In this document: piece after piece, positions 1 through 10,506 of the stretch
How positions within the stretch are numbered: position 1 is the first letter of the stretch
Layout of the letters: each line of letters starts with the position of its first letter
NCBI GenBank assembly: GCA_018693105.1
Contig: JABHLN010000006.1
Span: 1-61,701, forward strand
Reading direction: 5' to 3'
Source of the DNA: Desulfobacterales bacterium
Lineage (GTDB): Bacteria > Desulfobacterota > Desulfobacteria > Desulfobacterales > SURF-7
Length of the DNA stretch: 61,701 nucleotides
Translations under genes and position numbers: made by a program
The notes under the pieces: generated by a model
The model's database searches: none
Seen by the model: only the letters and a program-made list of their open reading frames with translations
What the model was told of the DNA's origin: nothing

Positions 1-76
1 AAGGCATACATGTAGTATGTCGAACTTCTGATCAAACGCTATAACGCAGTAGATGGAGACTTTTTACGACGCCATC
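1..76 (+). mobile_element. MITE-A copy 1 (left part cut off by window edge)
   Basis: Near-identical to the 3' half of 40071-40221; ends in ...GGAGACTTTTTACGACGCCATC. Confidence 0.9.
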
Positions 77-94
77 AGTAGTTTATTTTCATTA

Positions 95-1312
95 TTATTC
101 TACTTTAATTATTGCAGCATCTGCCTGGGCTAAACCTCCGCAGATACTTCCCATTGCATATCCCCCTCCGCGACGCCTTAATTCATACATAAGGTTCATC
201 ATCACTCTTGCTCCGCTTGAAGTATTAGGATGACCAATGGCAATTGCACTACCGTTAATATTTGTTTTCTTTCTTATGGCTTCAACTTTTGCCTTGTCTT
301 TATCACCAAGCAGGTATGTACTTACCAGCGTAACTGCTGCAAAAGCCTCATTTACTTCCATAACATCAATATCATCAAGGCCAAGGCCTGCAAGTTCAAG
401 CGCTTTCTGCATCGCAAAGGCCGGTCCTTCAGGAAGATTGTTTGGTTTTGTAGCAATGGATGTCATGGATACTATCGATGCAAGGGGTTCAAGACCAAGC
501 TCATCAGCTTTTTTACGAGTCATGAAAAGTATTGCTGTAGCACCGTCATTCAGGCCCGGAGCATTACCTGCAGTGATACCTTTTGAACCGTATATCGGTT
601 TCAGCCTGCCAAGCATTTCCATGCTCATATTTTCGCGATATTGTTCATCCTTTTCCATTGTGAAAGGGTCCTGCCTTGAAATCTTTACCTCTATGGGAAA
701 TATTTCTTCCTTGAACTTGCCGGCATCATATGCTGCCCCATAATTCTGATGACTTCTTAGTGCCCATTCATCCATTTCCTCTCTTTCAATTCCATGGGAA
801 TAAGCTACATCATCACTGTCGACTGATACAGGGTTATAATCCTTGTAACCAAGAGCGAGCAAAGGGTCTTCCATATTCACATTACCCATACGGAAGCCCT
901 GATATCTGAGGTTTCTCACGATAAGAGGTTCCTGGCTGAAAGATGTAGCTCCGCCACCGATTGCAACATCGATCTCACCCAGTTTCATTGCCATACATCC
1001 GAGTTTTACTGCAGACATGGCTGAAACACACGCCTTATCAAGTGAAATAGATGGGGTTTCAGGCGGCAATCCCGCTTTAAGCAAAGTCTGACGAGCAGCA
1101 ACGGGAGTAAAAACATCCTTACATACAGAAGTATCTCCAACACCCCAGAAAACCTCATCAACAACGCTAGGATCAAGGTTAACCCTGTTAAGAACTTCAC
1201 GCATGGGAATAGCTCCAAGATCAAAATAATCCATCTCCTTGAGCGAACCACAATACCGCCCAAAAGGAGTTCGAAGCGCACTTACTATTACAATATCATT
1301 TTCATTGCTCAT
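95..1312 (-). CDS. Thiolase (acetyl-CoA C-acyltransferase)
   Basis: DKACVSA catalytic Cys, NEAFA, GHP, CGG motifs; start moved to MSNEND behind GGAGG RBS. Confidence 0.92.
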   Translation of the reverse strand: MSNENDIVIVSALRTPFGRYCGSLKEMDYFDLGAIPMREVLNRVNLDPSVVDEVFWGVGDTSVCKDVFTPVAARQTLLKAGLPPETPSISLDKACVSAMSAVKLGCMAMKLGEIDVAIGGGATSFSQEPLIVRNLRYQGFRMGNVNMEDPLLALGYKDYNPVSVDSDDVAYSHGIEREEMDEWALRSHQNYGAAYDAGKFKEEIFPIEVKISRQDPFTMEKDEQYRENMSMEMLGRLKPIYGSKGITAGNAPGLNDGATAILFMTRKKADELGLEPLASIVSMTSIATKPNNLPEGPAFAMQKALELAGLGLDDIDVMEVNEAFAAVTLVSTYLLGDKDKAKVEAIRKKTNINGSAIAIGHPNTSSGARVMMNLMYELRRRGGGYAMGSICGGLAQADAAIIKVE

Positions 1313-1463
1313 AATTTTACTTCCTCCCGACATTTATTAATCTAACCAATACCTTCATAAAATCAGAGTTATTAACTCTAATAAGGCATCAATAGTATTT
1401 ATACATATTACAAATTATTGTTTTGTCTGCCTTAACCACATCCTAAAAACTTTTCAATTTTCA

Positions 1464-2414
1464 TTACCTTGATTTCCTGATCATTTCTACAACCTGCTCT
1501 GAGGCTGTATAGGGATCAAGTTCAAGATCACCAATCATTTTTACCCATTTCTGCAAAGAGTGATCATTTTTTAATGTCTCAAGGAATTCAGTTCTTATCT
1601 GTAGTGTAAGTATATCAAGAAACTGTGTAGTTCGCCTTTCCCGGTTCTTGATGCCTATAGCACTGCGTTGTTTGTAATAATCGTAGTGATTCACAGTTTC
1701 CTGTGCAAGCTCATCAACACCTTCTTTTGATAGTGCCTGGGTCTTTACTATTGGAACTTTCCAGTGGTCTCCTTCAACATCACATTTGTAATTTTGAACA
1801 CTTGAAAGCTCTGCTACAGTCTGATCAGCACCGGGCTTATCAGATTTATTTACTACCATGATATCGGCGATTTCCATTATACCCGCCTTCATAGCCTGAA
1901 GCGTATCACCATATCCGGGCATCAAGGCAAGAATTACGGTGTGGGCAAGCCTTGCTATCTCGATTTCACCCTGACCAACGCCAACTGTTTCAATAAGTAC
2001 AATATCCTTCCCTGATACGTCCATAATATCGGCAGCATCATTTACAGCAGAAGAAAGTCCTCCATGAGCACCTCTTGAAGCAAGAGAACGTATAAATACG
2101 TCCCTGTCACCAGTCAGGTCAATCATCCTTGCCCTGTCACCGAGAAGGGCTCCACCGGAAAAAGGACTGGAAGGATCAACTGCAAGAACACCTACAGACT
2201 TTCCCATTTTCCGAAAACTACCTACAAGAGCCGAAACAAGACAGCTTTTCCCGACACCAGGCGGGCCGGTTATACCTATAATATGAGCCTTACCACATTG
2301 GGAATAAATCTCCTTTATTACTGCAACAGCCTCAGGCTCACGTCTTTCCACCATTGAAATCAGACGGGCGGTAGATCTGACATCCCCGGCCTTAATTTTT
2401 TCAACCAAATCCAT
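1464..2414 (-). CDS. meaB: MeaB/ArgK GTPase chaperone of B12 mutases
   Basis: GITGPPGVGKS P-loop, VDPSSPFSGGALLGDR, ETVGVGQ, NKSD; adjacent to mutase genes. Confidence 0.95.
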   Translation of the reverse strand: MDLVEKIKAGDVRSTARLISMVERREPEAVAVIKEIYSQCGKAHIIGITGPPGVGKSCLVSALVGSFRKMGKSVGVLAVDPSSPFSGGALLGDRARMIDLTGDRDVFIRSLASRGAHGGLSSAVNDAADIMDVSGKDIVLIETVGVGQGEIEIARLAHTVILALMPGYGDTLQAMKAGIMEIADIMVVNKSDKPGADQTVAELSSVQNYKCDVEGDHWKVPIVKTQALSKEGVDELAQETVNHYDYYKQRSAIGIKNRERRTTQFLDILTLQIRTEFLETLKNDHSLQKWVKMIGDLELDPYTASEQVVEMIRKSR

Positions 2415-2833
2415 TATTTAATCATCCCTTTATCACCGGCCATACCCAGTTTTTTAATGCATTCAACAGCATTTTCAACCGGGCTGCCCGCGGGGAATAC
2501 TTCCTTAATACCCATTTCTTTAAGCTTTGGAATATCGTCAGGGTGCAGTACACCGCCCAAAACTACGGGAATGTCCTCGGCATCACTCTTCTTCAGTTCA
2601 TCCATCAAAATAGGTACAACTACAAGGTGGGCACCTGACAATATACTGATGCCGATCACATCAACGTCTTCCTGCAGAGCAATTTCCGCTACAGTTTCGG
2701 GAACGTTCTTAAGGCCGGTATAAATAACTTCCATTCCGGCTTCCTTCAATGCCTGTACAATTATCAGGGCACCGCGGTCATGCCCGTCAAGACCGATTTT
2801 TGCCATTAATACTCTGATGGTTTTTTCTTCCAT
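2414..2833 (-). CDS. Acyl-CoA mutase small (cobalamin-binding) subunit
   Basis: KIGLDGHDRG (DxHxxG), SILSGAH, GG motif. Confidence 0.95.
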   Translation of the reverse strand: MEEKTIRVLMAKIGLDGHDRGALIIVQALKEAGMEVIYTGLKNVPETVAEIALQEDVDVIGISILSGAHLVVVPILMDELKKSDAEDIPVVLGGVLHPDDIPKLKEMGIKEVFPAGSPVENAVECIKKLGMAGDKGMIK

Positions 2834-2858
2834 TATTTCTCACTCCCAATCCGTATCG

Positions 2859-4517
2859 TTAAATACCGGTTATATGTGTTTTTTCATCAAAACTGCCGTA
2901 CCTTTCCTTATATACATCCCAGATTTCTCTTAAGGTAGCGTATGATTTTACTGCTTCCATAGTAGTCTCCATGAGATTTTCATCCTTGAAAGCAGCTTCT
3001 CTAACCATGTCCAGCGATTTTTCAACAGCGGAATTATCTCTTTTAGTTTTCAGGTCTTCAATTTTTTCAAGCATAGTTTTTTCAAAACCTTCATCTATCT
3101 CAAGAAGATCGAGGTTCATGTCCTCATTACCCTCAGTATAATTATTGACACCTACAATGGTCTCTTCGCCTTTTTCAACTTTTAACTGATATTCATAGGC
3201 AGCCTGAGCAGTTTTCTTCTGGATATAACCCGTCTCAACAGCTTCTACAGCACCGCCGATATCATCAATTTTCTTGATGATCGCAAGTGCCTCTTCTTCA
3301 ATATCATTTGTAAGTGATTCCACATAATAACTTCCGGCCATGGGATCAACTGTATTTGCGACACCTGTTTCTTCTGCAAGTATCTGCTGAGTACGAACAG
3401 CGACCCTTACAGATTCTTCCGTAGGAAGTGCCATTGCTTCATCCATTGAGTCTGTATGAAGCGACTGTGTTCCGCCAAGAACTGCCGCAAGCCCCTGAAC
3501 AGCAACTCTTGCAACATTATTTACCGGCTGCTCTGCCGTGAGTGAAACACCTGAAGTCTGTGTATGAAAACGAAGCTGCATGGATCTCGGATTCTTTGCA
3601 CCGAATCTTTCTTTCATTATCCTTGCCCAGATTCTTCTGGCAGCACGATATTTTGCAATCTCTTCAAAGAAATCGTTATGAGCATTCCACATGAAAGAAA
3701 GTCTAGGCCCGAAATCATCAACATCCAGGCCCCTCTTTATAAAGGAGTTAACAAACTCAACCCCGTCGGCAAGAGTAAAACCTACTTCCTGGGCCGCAGT
3801 ACATCCTTTTTCCCTGATCTGGTAACCGACTATACTTATCGGGTACCACAGCGGCATATGTTTTGTTGAATATTCAACAACATCGGTAGTAAGCTTTAAT
3901 TCAGCACGTCTTGGCACAACGCGAACATTAGCAGCGACATCACGGCAAATACTGTCGTTCTGATAAGTTCCGCGAAGCTGTGCAGGCTTGAAACCCTGTT
4001 GTTCGGCAACTGCCATATACATGCAGGGGATAGGAGGGTAAGCTATAACGAGCGAAGTACTTACCTCGCCTAACGGTATACCGTCAAAAAGAGCTTCCAT
4101 GTCCTGGAGTGAATTTACAGGAACACCGTCACGCCCGATCTCGCCACGCGAAAGCGGATGATCTGAACCGACTCCGTTAATAGTAGGCAGGTCAAATGCA
4201 ACATTCAATCCGGGAGCACCTGACTTCATCAAATATTTCAGCCTTTCATTACTCTTACTCGGATCGCCGAAACCCATAAACTGTCTTACCGTCCAGGTAC
4301 GCGCCCTGTACATGGTGGGATGAATACCCCTAGTGTACGGGTACTCTCCGGGGAAAGAGATATCATTCAAATAATCAATGCCACGTTCTTCCATATCCAC
4401 AGGTGTATAAAGACGTTCAACATCAATACCTCCCAAAGTGGTAAATCGTTCTTTTCTTTCCCGTGAATCCTTGTTTTTCTCTTCCCAGTCTTTTTGTGCT
4501 TTTTTTATTTCATCCAA
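2859..4517 (-). CDS. Acyl-CoA mutase large subunit (MCM/ICM family, atypical specificity residues)
   Basis: PGEYPYTRGIHPTMYR, AFDLPT, FFEEIAKYRAARR, RFHTQTSG, GGTQSLHT; TTG start inferred from GAGGGTG RBS. Confidence 0.93.
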   Translation of the reverse strand: MDEIKKAQKDWEEKNKDSRERKERFTTLGGIDVERLYTPVDMEERGIDYLNDISFPGEYPYTRGIHPTMYRARTWTVRQFMGFGDPSKSNERLKYLMKSGAPGLNVAFDLPTINGVGSDHPLSRGEIGRDGVPVNSLQDMEALFDGIPLGEVSTSLVIAYPPIPCMYMAVAEQQGFKPAQLRGTYQNDSICRDVAANVRVVPRRAELKLTTDVVEYSTKHMPLWYPISIVGYQIREKGCTAAQEVGFTLADGVEFVNSFIKRGLDVDDFGPRLSFMWNAHNDFFEEIAKYRAARRIWARIMKERFGAKNPRSMQLRFHTQTSGVSLTAEQPVNNVARVAVQGLAAVLGGTQSLHTDSMDEAMALPTEESVRVAVRTQQILAEETGVANTVDPMAGSYYVESLTNDIEEEALAIIKKIDDIGGAVEAVETGYIQKKTAQAAYEYQLKVEKGEETIVGVNNYTEGNEDMNLDLLEIDEGFEKTMLEKIEDLKTKRDNSAVEKSLDMVREAAFKDENLMETTMEAVKSYATLREIWDVYKERYGSFDEKTHITGI

Positions 4518-4622
4518 TTTTATCACCCTCATTATTAGAGATTGATTAATCAATAATATTTAGGAAAACATTTCATTAAAATTAATGAAGCGACATAAGA
4601 GACGCCCCGTTAATAAATATAA

Positions 4623-5837
4623 TTACCTCTCAAACACCATTGCCATACCCTGTCCGCCACCTACACAAAGGCTTACAAGTCCGCGACCTGCATCTCTTCT
4701 TTCCATTTCGTTCATCATGCTTACAATCAGACGAACACCGGAATTTGCAAGTGCATGTCCAAGCGCTATAGCACCGCCGTTGACATTTACTTTTTCCATG
4801 TCCTTTTCTGTAAAATTAAGCTCTTTTACGACTCCAAGGGATTGTGCGGCAAAAGCTTCATTGAGCTCAACCAGATCGATGTCGTCCATTTTCAGTCCGG
4901 TTTTTTCAAAAAGCATATTAATTGCCGGAACGGGGCCTAATCCCATGTATGCAGGGTGAAGACCGGCAGAGGTATATGTTCCCACTTTAAGTCTTGGTTT
5001 AAGGCCAAGTTCTTTGGCTTTTTCTTCTGCCATCATTAGCACGCAGCTTGCACCGTCGTTAAGAGGAGAAGAATTTCCCGCAGTTACTGTTCCATCCTTA
5101 ACAAATGCTGCTGGCAGCTTACCAAGGGCATCTATTTTCATTCCAAAACGCACACCCTCATCAGTATCGAATATAAGCGGATCTTTTTTTCTCTGGGGAA
5201 CTTCAATTGGAACAATCTCATTCTTGAATTTTCCGCCGGTTATTGCCTGTTCGGCTCTGTTGTGGCTTGCAAGTGCAAACGCATCCTGTTCTTCACGTGT
5301 CAGGTTATGTTTCCGGGCAACATTTTCAGCCGTAACCCCCATACTTAATGGTTGACCGAGGTATTCACCCCATTGTGAAACATCACCACAAGTACGCATA
5401 CTTCCTTCAAAGAATCCATCATAAGCAGCCTTGTTGCCGGCCCTGTAACCCCAACGGGCACCTTCAAGAAAATAAGGAATGCAGCTCATTGCTTCAGCAC
5501 CGGCGGCAAGTACAACCTCGGCGTTGCCATTTTGCATCATATCTGCTGCGGTTGCAACTGCAAGCAGGCCGGAAGCACATTGGCGTTCAACAGTCTGTGC
5601 GGGTATTTTATCCGGTAGGCCGGCTTTGAAAAGACTCAGCCTGCCGACACCCGGGTAACCGTTGTAATGGCAGTTTCCCACGACTACTTCATCAATAAGT
5701 TCAGGATCTATCCCTGATTTTTCAACAACAGCCTTCATTACCGTACCGCCAAGATCCTGTGCTCTAAAATCTTTTATGGTTCCGCCAAATCTTCCGACAG
5801 CTGTTCTAAGCCCCTCAACTATTACTATATTCTTCAT
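4623..5837 (-). CDS. Thiolase (acetyl-CoA C-acyltransferase)
   Basis: RQCASG, NEAFAAQ, GGAIALGH, LCVGGGQG. Confidence 0.95.
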   Translation of the reverse strand: MKNIVIVEGLRTAVGRFGGTIKDFRAQDLGGTVMKAVVEKSGIDPELIDEVVVGNCHYNGYPGVGRLSLFKAGLPDKIPAQTVERQCASGLLAVATAADMMQNGNAEVVLAAGAEAMSCIPYFLEGARWGYRAGNKAAYDGFFEGSMRTCGDVSQWGEYLGQPLSMGVTAENVARKHNLTREEQDAFALASHNRAEQAITGGKFKNEIVPIEVPQRKKDPLIFDTDEGVRFGMKIDALGKLPAAFVKDGTVTAGNSSPLNDGASCVLMMAEEKAKELGLKPRLKVGTYTSAGLHPAYMGLGPVPAINMLFEKTGLKMDDIDLVELNEAFAAQSLGVVKELNFTEKDMEKVNVNGGAIALGHALANSGVRLIVSMMNEMERRDAGRGLVSLCVGGGQGMAMVFER

Positions 5838-5855
5838 ATCAACTCTCCTTTTCTA

Positions 5856-7046
5856 TCAATCTCTCGGACCAACAACTGCAACAGATGCCTGGAATCCGCC
5901 AGTGGGGTTTCCTCCCTGACAGTGCGCAACACCAAGGTCAACATTCTTAAGCTGCCTCTTACCGGCCTTGCCCTGAATCTGCTGGTAAATTTCATATACC
6001 ATTCTGAGTCCGCTTGCCCCGACAGGGTGTCCGAATGCTTTCAGGCCACCATCCGTATTAACCGGAAGACCACCGTCAAGCTCAAAGAAGCCTGATTCCA
6101 CGTCCTCTTTTGCCTTTCCTATCGGACTGAATCCAAGAGATTCGTAGTTGATAAGTTCTGTTATTGTAAAACAGTCATGGACACTTGCGATCGTAACCTG
6201 GTCTCTTGGATCGGTAATTCCGGCCTGATCGTATGCCTGTTTGGATGCCGCTACAGTTTCATTCCATATTGTATAATCACTGTCATCTCTGTCTTTTATT
6301 CTTCCGGAGTAAACATCTCTTCTTCCCACGGCAAGCCCCATACCTTTTACAAGGATATAATCATCACGGAACTTCGAAGCCAGATCAGCTCTACACAGGA
6401 TAGCTGCTGACGCGCCATCTGTTGTGGGGCAGCAATCGAAGAGACCCAGGGGCCATGAAATGATAGGAGCCTTCATAACCGTTTCTTCAGTTATTGCTTT
6501 TTTGAAATGCGCTTTCGGAGCAAGAGTACCGTTATAATGGTTCTTTACAGCAATCTTGGCCATCAGTCGTTTTCCTTCTTCCACATCAATTCCGTATTTC
6601 TCAAAATAACGGAGAGCAGCAGCAGCATACGCCGCAGGTGCCTGCATATAACCGTATGAAGGATGGTACCCGTAAGGGAATGTCAGAGAACCTGTTCCGG
6701 TATCCTTACATTTTTCAGCACCGACAACTACTACTATGTCATAGGCACCGCAAGCAACTGCAAAAAGACCGTTTCGAAGGGCTTCGAGAGCTGAAGCACA
6801 ATTGTTTTCAACTCTTGTTACAGGAAGGTTATCCCACTGCATTGCTTCTGTTAAAACACCACCTGTGATGCCGCCCATAAGGGTACCAAACCATGCTGCA
6901 TTGATGTCTTTTGATTCGACCTTGGCATCTTCCATTGCTTCGCTGACAGCATCAATAATTAGGCTGCTTATCGGTTGAGAAAAATTCTCTCCGAATTTTG
7001 TACAACCCATGCCTATAATAGCGACTTTATCTTTTATACTTTCCAT
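5856..7046 (-). CDS. SCP2/BbsB-type thiolase-like protein
   Basis: VENNCASA, HDCFT and GHPVGASG motifs; paired with OB-fold protein. Confidence 0.88.
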   Translation of the reverse strand: MESIKDKVAIIGMGCTKFGENFSQPISSLIIDAVSEAMEDAKVESKDINAAWFGTLMGGITGGVLTEAMQWDNLPVTRVENNCASALEALRNGLFAVACGAYDIVVVVGAEKCKDTGTGSLTFPYGYHPSYGYMQAPAAYAAAALRYFEKYGIDVEEGKRLMAKIAVKNHYNGTLAPKAHFKKAITEETVMKAPIISWPLGLFDCCPTTDGASAAILCRADLASKFRDDYILVKGMGLAVGRRDVYSGRIKDRDDSDYTIWNETVAASKQAYDQAGITDPRDQVTIASVHDCFTITELINYESLGFSPIGKAKEDVESGFFELDGGLPVNTDGGLKAFGHPVGASGLRMVYEIYQQIQGKAGKRQLKNVDLGVAHCQGGNPTGGFQASVAVVGPRD

Positions 7047-7058
7047 TTCATTATCTCC

Positions 7059-8468
7059 TTACCTTACAAGTCTGGATTTCCACCCGTATACCGGGATATC
7101 ATTATCGCTTGGAAATTTCCTAAAGGTCATCTCTAAAGAGTCTCCGATTTTCACTTCCGTCAAATCAGCATCGGCAATTTGCAGTCTTGCACGAACTTCT
7201 TCAAAGTCGGCAATCGCCCAGAAAGGACTAGCTCCACCGCCATAACCGAGATTATCAACTGTGCAGCTGAATACTTTTGCATTCAAGTCTGATAACCTTA
7301 CCTCAGTACTTTCATCCTTGCTGAAACATTCTGAACATATCCTGTGAACAGGATACTGAACATGTCCGCATTTATTGCATTTTGAACCTTTAAATCCAAG
7401 GATGGAGTTCTGATCACGCCAGCTTATGGTCGCAGGCGGACGAATCGGAGGCATTCTCTCAACAGAATCCGGGAGAAGCTTTTTAAATGTCAGATACTGG
7501 TTGTAGTTTGAAATCATTTTCTTCGATTCCAGATAGGTTGAAACCCCTTTGCCGCCTTTTGCTTCAGCGATTTTATCCGTTACTTCCAAAAGGAAAACAT
7601 CACATCCGCTGCCATAGCTTGCAAAAAGGATTTTATCTCCGGCCTTTGCTTCTTCCAGACATGCAACAAGCTGAAGCATACCGAAAGATGCGCCTGTGTT
7701 GCCCACTGTTGAAAAAAGCGGCATTTGAACCTGAGTCTCATAATCAAAGCCGAGCTTTCCTGCTGCCTGCCAGTAAACTCTTTCATTGGGTGCATAGGAA
7801 ACAAACTTTGCAATATCTTTTGCTTCAACACCGAAAGATTTCATTGCACCGCTACAAGCTTCGATCATAACTCTCATGTAGCCTTCAGTAATAATAAAAC
7901 GCTCTTCCCATGAGTGAACAAACTGATCATCAACTTCTCTCCAGTTGTCCATTATTTCATCAGATATGGAATATATACCTTCAATATTTGCAGCAACGTC
8001 AGTATCTGAAATCATAATAGCCGCTGCTCCATCACCCAGAGCACGCTCCGCAGGAGAACCCGGGACACCCATTCTGCAGTCAGCTGCGGTTACAACAACA
8101 TTTTTATTTGATCCGCTCTTAACAGAATCAAAAGCTGCTTTTAAAGCATTGCTTCCTGCTCTAAGTGATCCGGAAAAATCCATTGAGCTGATATTTCTGT
8201 TTAAATCAGCAGCAACACCTATTGTGGCTGACATCTGTTTTTCCATAAAGGGTGAGGTGGTTGAGGCAAAGAAAAGCCCATCAATATCCCCCCTATCATT
8301 ATTGCCGATACAGTCAACAGCAGCATCAACCGCCATCGTCAAACTATCTTCATCCGGACCGACAGTGGCTTTTTCACCTTTTCCGCCTGAATTCCATGCC
8401 TTACCAATTTCCTTTTGGGCTATTCTATGCAGCGGTATGTATGCCCCGAAAGATTTTATCCCTGCCAT
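7059..8468 (-). CDS. HMG-CoA synthase-like domain fused to Zn-ribbon/OB-fold (DUF35)
   Basis: EDSLTMA, GDGAAA, VGNTG, SYGSG; C-terminal CxxC..CxxC and OB-fold. Confidence 0.85.
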   Translation of the reverse strand: MAGIKSFGAYIPLHRIAQKEIGKAWNSGGKGEKATVGPDEDSLTMAVDAAVDCIGNNDRGDIDGLFFASTTSPFMEKQMSATIGVAADLNRNISSMDFSGSLRAGSNALKAAFDSVKSGSNKNVVVTAADCRMGVPGSPAERALGDGAAAIMISDTDVAANIEGIYSISDEIMDNWREVDDQFVHSWEERFIITEGYMRVMIEACSGAMKSFGVEAKDIAKFVSYAPNERVYWQAAGKLGFDYETQVQMPLFSTVGNTGASFGMLQLVACLEEAKAGDKILFASYGSGCDVFLLEVTDKIAEAKGGKGVSTYLESKKMISNYNQYLTFKKLLPDSVERMPPIRPPATISWRDQNSILGFKGSKCNKCGHVQYPVHRICSECFSKDESTEVRLSDLNAKVFSCTVDNLGYGGGASPFWAIADFEEVRARLQIADADLTEVKIGDSLEMTFRKFPSDNDIPVYGWKSRLVR

Positions 8469-8583
8469 TTTTTATCTCCTTAACTTCAGCTTACCTGACT
8501 ATAGTTCATATAGATTAGGAAGTTAATAAAATTGCAAGTATCAAAAGGCCCGATTTTAAAGAGCCCGTCCAATACCGGCATAA

Positions 8584-10440
8584 CTAAATTCCAAATGATT
8601 TATCAAGGGTTTCCCACGTAGAAAGGTCACCCCATTTTATTGCAGAAATCCTGCCATCTGTTATGGGCAGAATATTTCCAATAAAAAACTTAACACTTTG
8701 AATCTTTCCAGCAAGATGTGCAATATCTGCTTTTTTCATCAACTTGGCCTGTTTTTCAGGATCATCTGTTGCACCCTTCTTGGCATAAATTCCATCAAGC
8801 TTTTCTTGTGCAACCACAGCTCCCCAAAGAAGAAACCATGCTACCATCACATCTCCAACAGCTTCTAACAATGGAGTGGCCTGCAGAAATGAGTATACGG
8901 ACTCACCATTACCGGCATGATCTGCAAAAACAGAAGGGACTTCTGCAAGGGCTGCCTTTGTTTTCATAAACTGATCGGTATATTTTTCAAGCGCTGGAAT
9001 CTCTTTTGCTTTCTCAGCAATTTCATCCATTCCGGAAAGGAAATCCGCAAAGACTTTTCCTTTACCCATTCCAATCTTTCTCAAGGCAAGGTCCATACCC
9101 TGAATTCCTGTAGTTCCTTCAAATATGCAGGCCACCTTGGAATCTCGCAGAAACTGCTCAACAGGATATTCCTGTGTATATCCGTAACCGCCATATATCT
9201 GGATAGCATGTAATGCAAACTCTACACTCTTTTCCGTAGGGTAAGCCTTGCATACAGGAATAAGGAGGCTCACTATCTTGCTCCAGTTTTTCCTTTCCTC
9301 TTCCGTTTCAGCTATTACTTCCTGGTCCATTGCGTAGCTGCAGTAATAAAGCATTGCCCTCATACCTTCGGTATAAGACTTCATCATGAGAAGTGTTCTG
9401 CGAATGTCAGGATGTTTTGTAATAGATACCTGTGTTGCAGGATCTGGGTTTTCAAGGCTTTGTCCCTGAAGCCTGTCTTTTGAATAGTTCAATGCATGCA
9501 GGTAAGAAGCACTGCTTATTCCCTGTCCCCATATACCTACTTCCAGGCGAGAGGAATTCATCATATGGAACATAATTCTGATACCTTCCTGCTCTTTTCC
9601 AAGTAGGTAACCGATACATTCCCCTTTGTCGCCAAACGAAAGGCTGGTCGTTGGAGATCCATGAAGTCCCATTTTATGTTCAATACCGGTGCAGGTAACA
9701 TTATTTGAGTCACCGGTGGAACCATCATCATTCACACAATACTTGGGAACTATAAAAGTAGACAAACCTTTGGTTCCGGGAGCATCACCTTCAATTCTTG
9801 CAAGCACGATATGAATAATATTATCTCCCACATCCTGTTCGCCGTTGGTGATAAATATCTTTGAACCTTCAATTGCAAATGTTCCGTCATCTTTTCTTAC
9901 AGCTTTTGTGGTGAGAGCACCTACATCTGAACCCGCCTGTGGTTCTGTCAGGCACATGGTACCGGTCCATTCACCGCCGTACATCTTTTCCATATACAGT
10001 TTTTTCTGGGCTTCATTACCGAAAAGCTCAATCAGCTTTGCTGCATCATGGGTCAGATTTACATAACACATAAAAGGAAAATTAGCGGCCATAAACATTT
10101 CATGTGTTGCCGCCATAATAACATGTGGCAGACCCTGTCCACCTAACTCCTCTTCCTCGCATGGGGTCAGCCATCCACCTTCTACAAAATCCTCATAAGC
10201 CTTTTTTGTGCCGGGGATGGAAAATACTTTCCCGTTCTCAAATTTTATTCCATCCTTGTCCCCATCAATATTTAATGGGAACAAAACCTTTTCACTGAAC
10301 TTCTGAGCTTCCGAAAGAAGCATTTCCAGAACCTTTTGGGACCACTCGGAATATTTTTCTACTTCGCATAATTTCTGAACGCCAAGCTGGTCAAATAAAA
10401 CAAATTTTATATCACGATCATCAAATAAAAGATTTGCCAT
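8584..10440 (-). CDS. Acyl-CoA dehydrogenase (long form with C-terminal extension)
   Basis: GTMCLTEPQAGSDVG, GSKIFIT, EHKMG, QIYGGYGY, IFEGT. Confidence 0.95.
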   Translation of the reverse strand: MANLLFDDRDIKFVLFDQLGVQKLCEVEKYSEWSQKVLEMLLSEAQKFSEKVLFPLNIDGDKDGIKFENGKVFSIPGTKKAYEDFVEGGWLTPCEEEELGGQGLPHVIMAATHEMFMAANFPFMCYVNLTHDAAKLIELFGNEAQKKLYMEKMYGGEWTGTMCLTEPQAGSDVGALTTKAVRKDDGTFAIEGSKIFITNGEQDVGDNIIHIVLARIEGDAPGTKGLSTFIVPKYCVNDDGSTGDSNNVTCTGIEHKMGLHGSPTTSLSFGDKGECIGYLLGKEQEGIRIMFHMMNSSRLEVGIWGQGISSASYLHALNYSKDRLQGQSLENPDPATQVSITKHPDIRRTLLMMKSYTEGMRAMLYYCSYAMDQEVIAETEEERKNWSKIVSLLIPVCKAYPTEKSVEFALHAIQIYGGYGYTQEYPVEQFLRDSKVACIFEGTTGIQGMDLALRKIGMGKGKVFADFLSGMDEIAEKAKEIPALEKYTDQFMKTKAALAEVPSVFADHAGNGESVYSFLQATPLLEAVGDVMVAWFLLWGAVVAQEKLDGIYAKKGATDDPEKQAKLMKKADIAHLAGKIQSVKFFIGNILPITDGRISAIKWGDLSTWETLDKSFGI

Positions 10441-10506
10441 AACTACTTCCTCATCAACTTCATTTTAGATTGATCCAAATATTTTCAGATCGATATTTTC
10501 CCGGTT

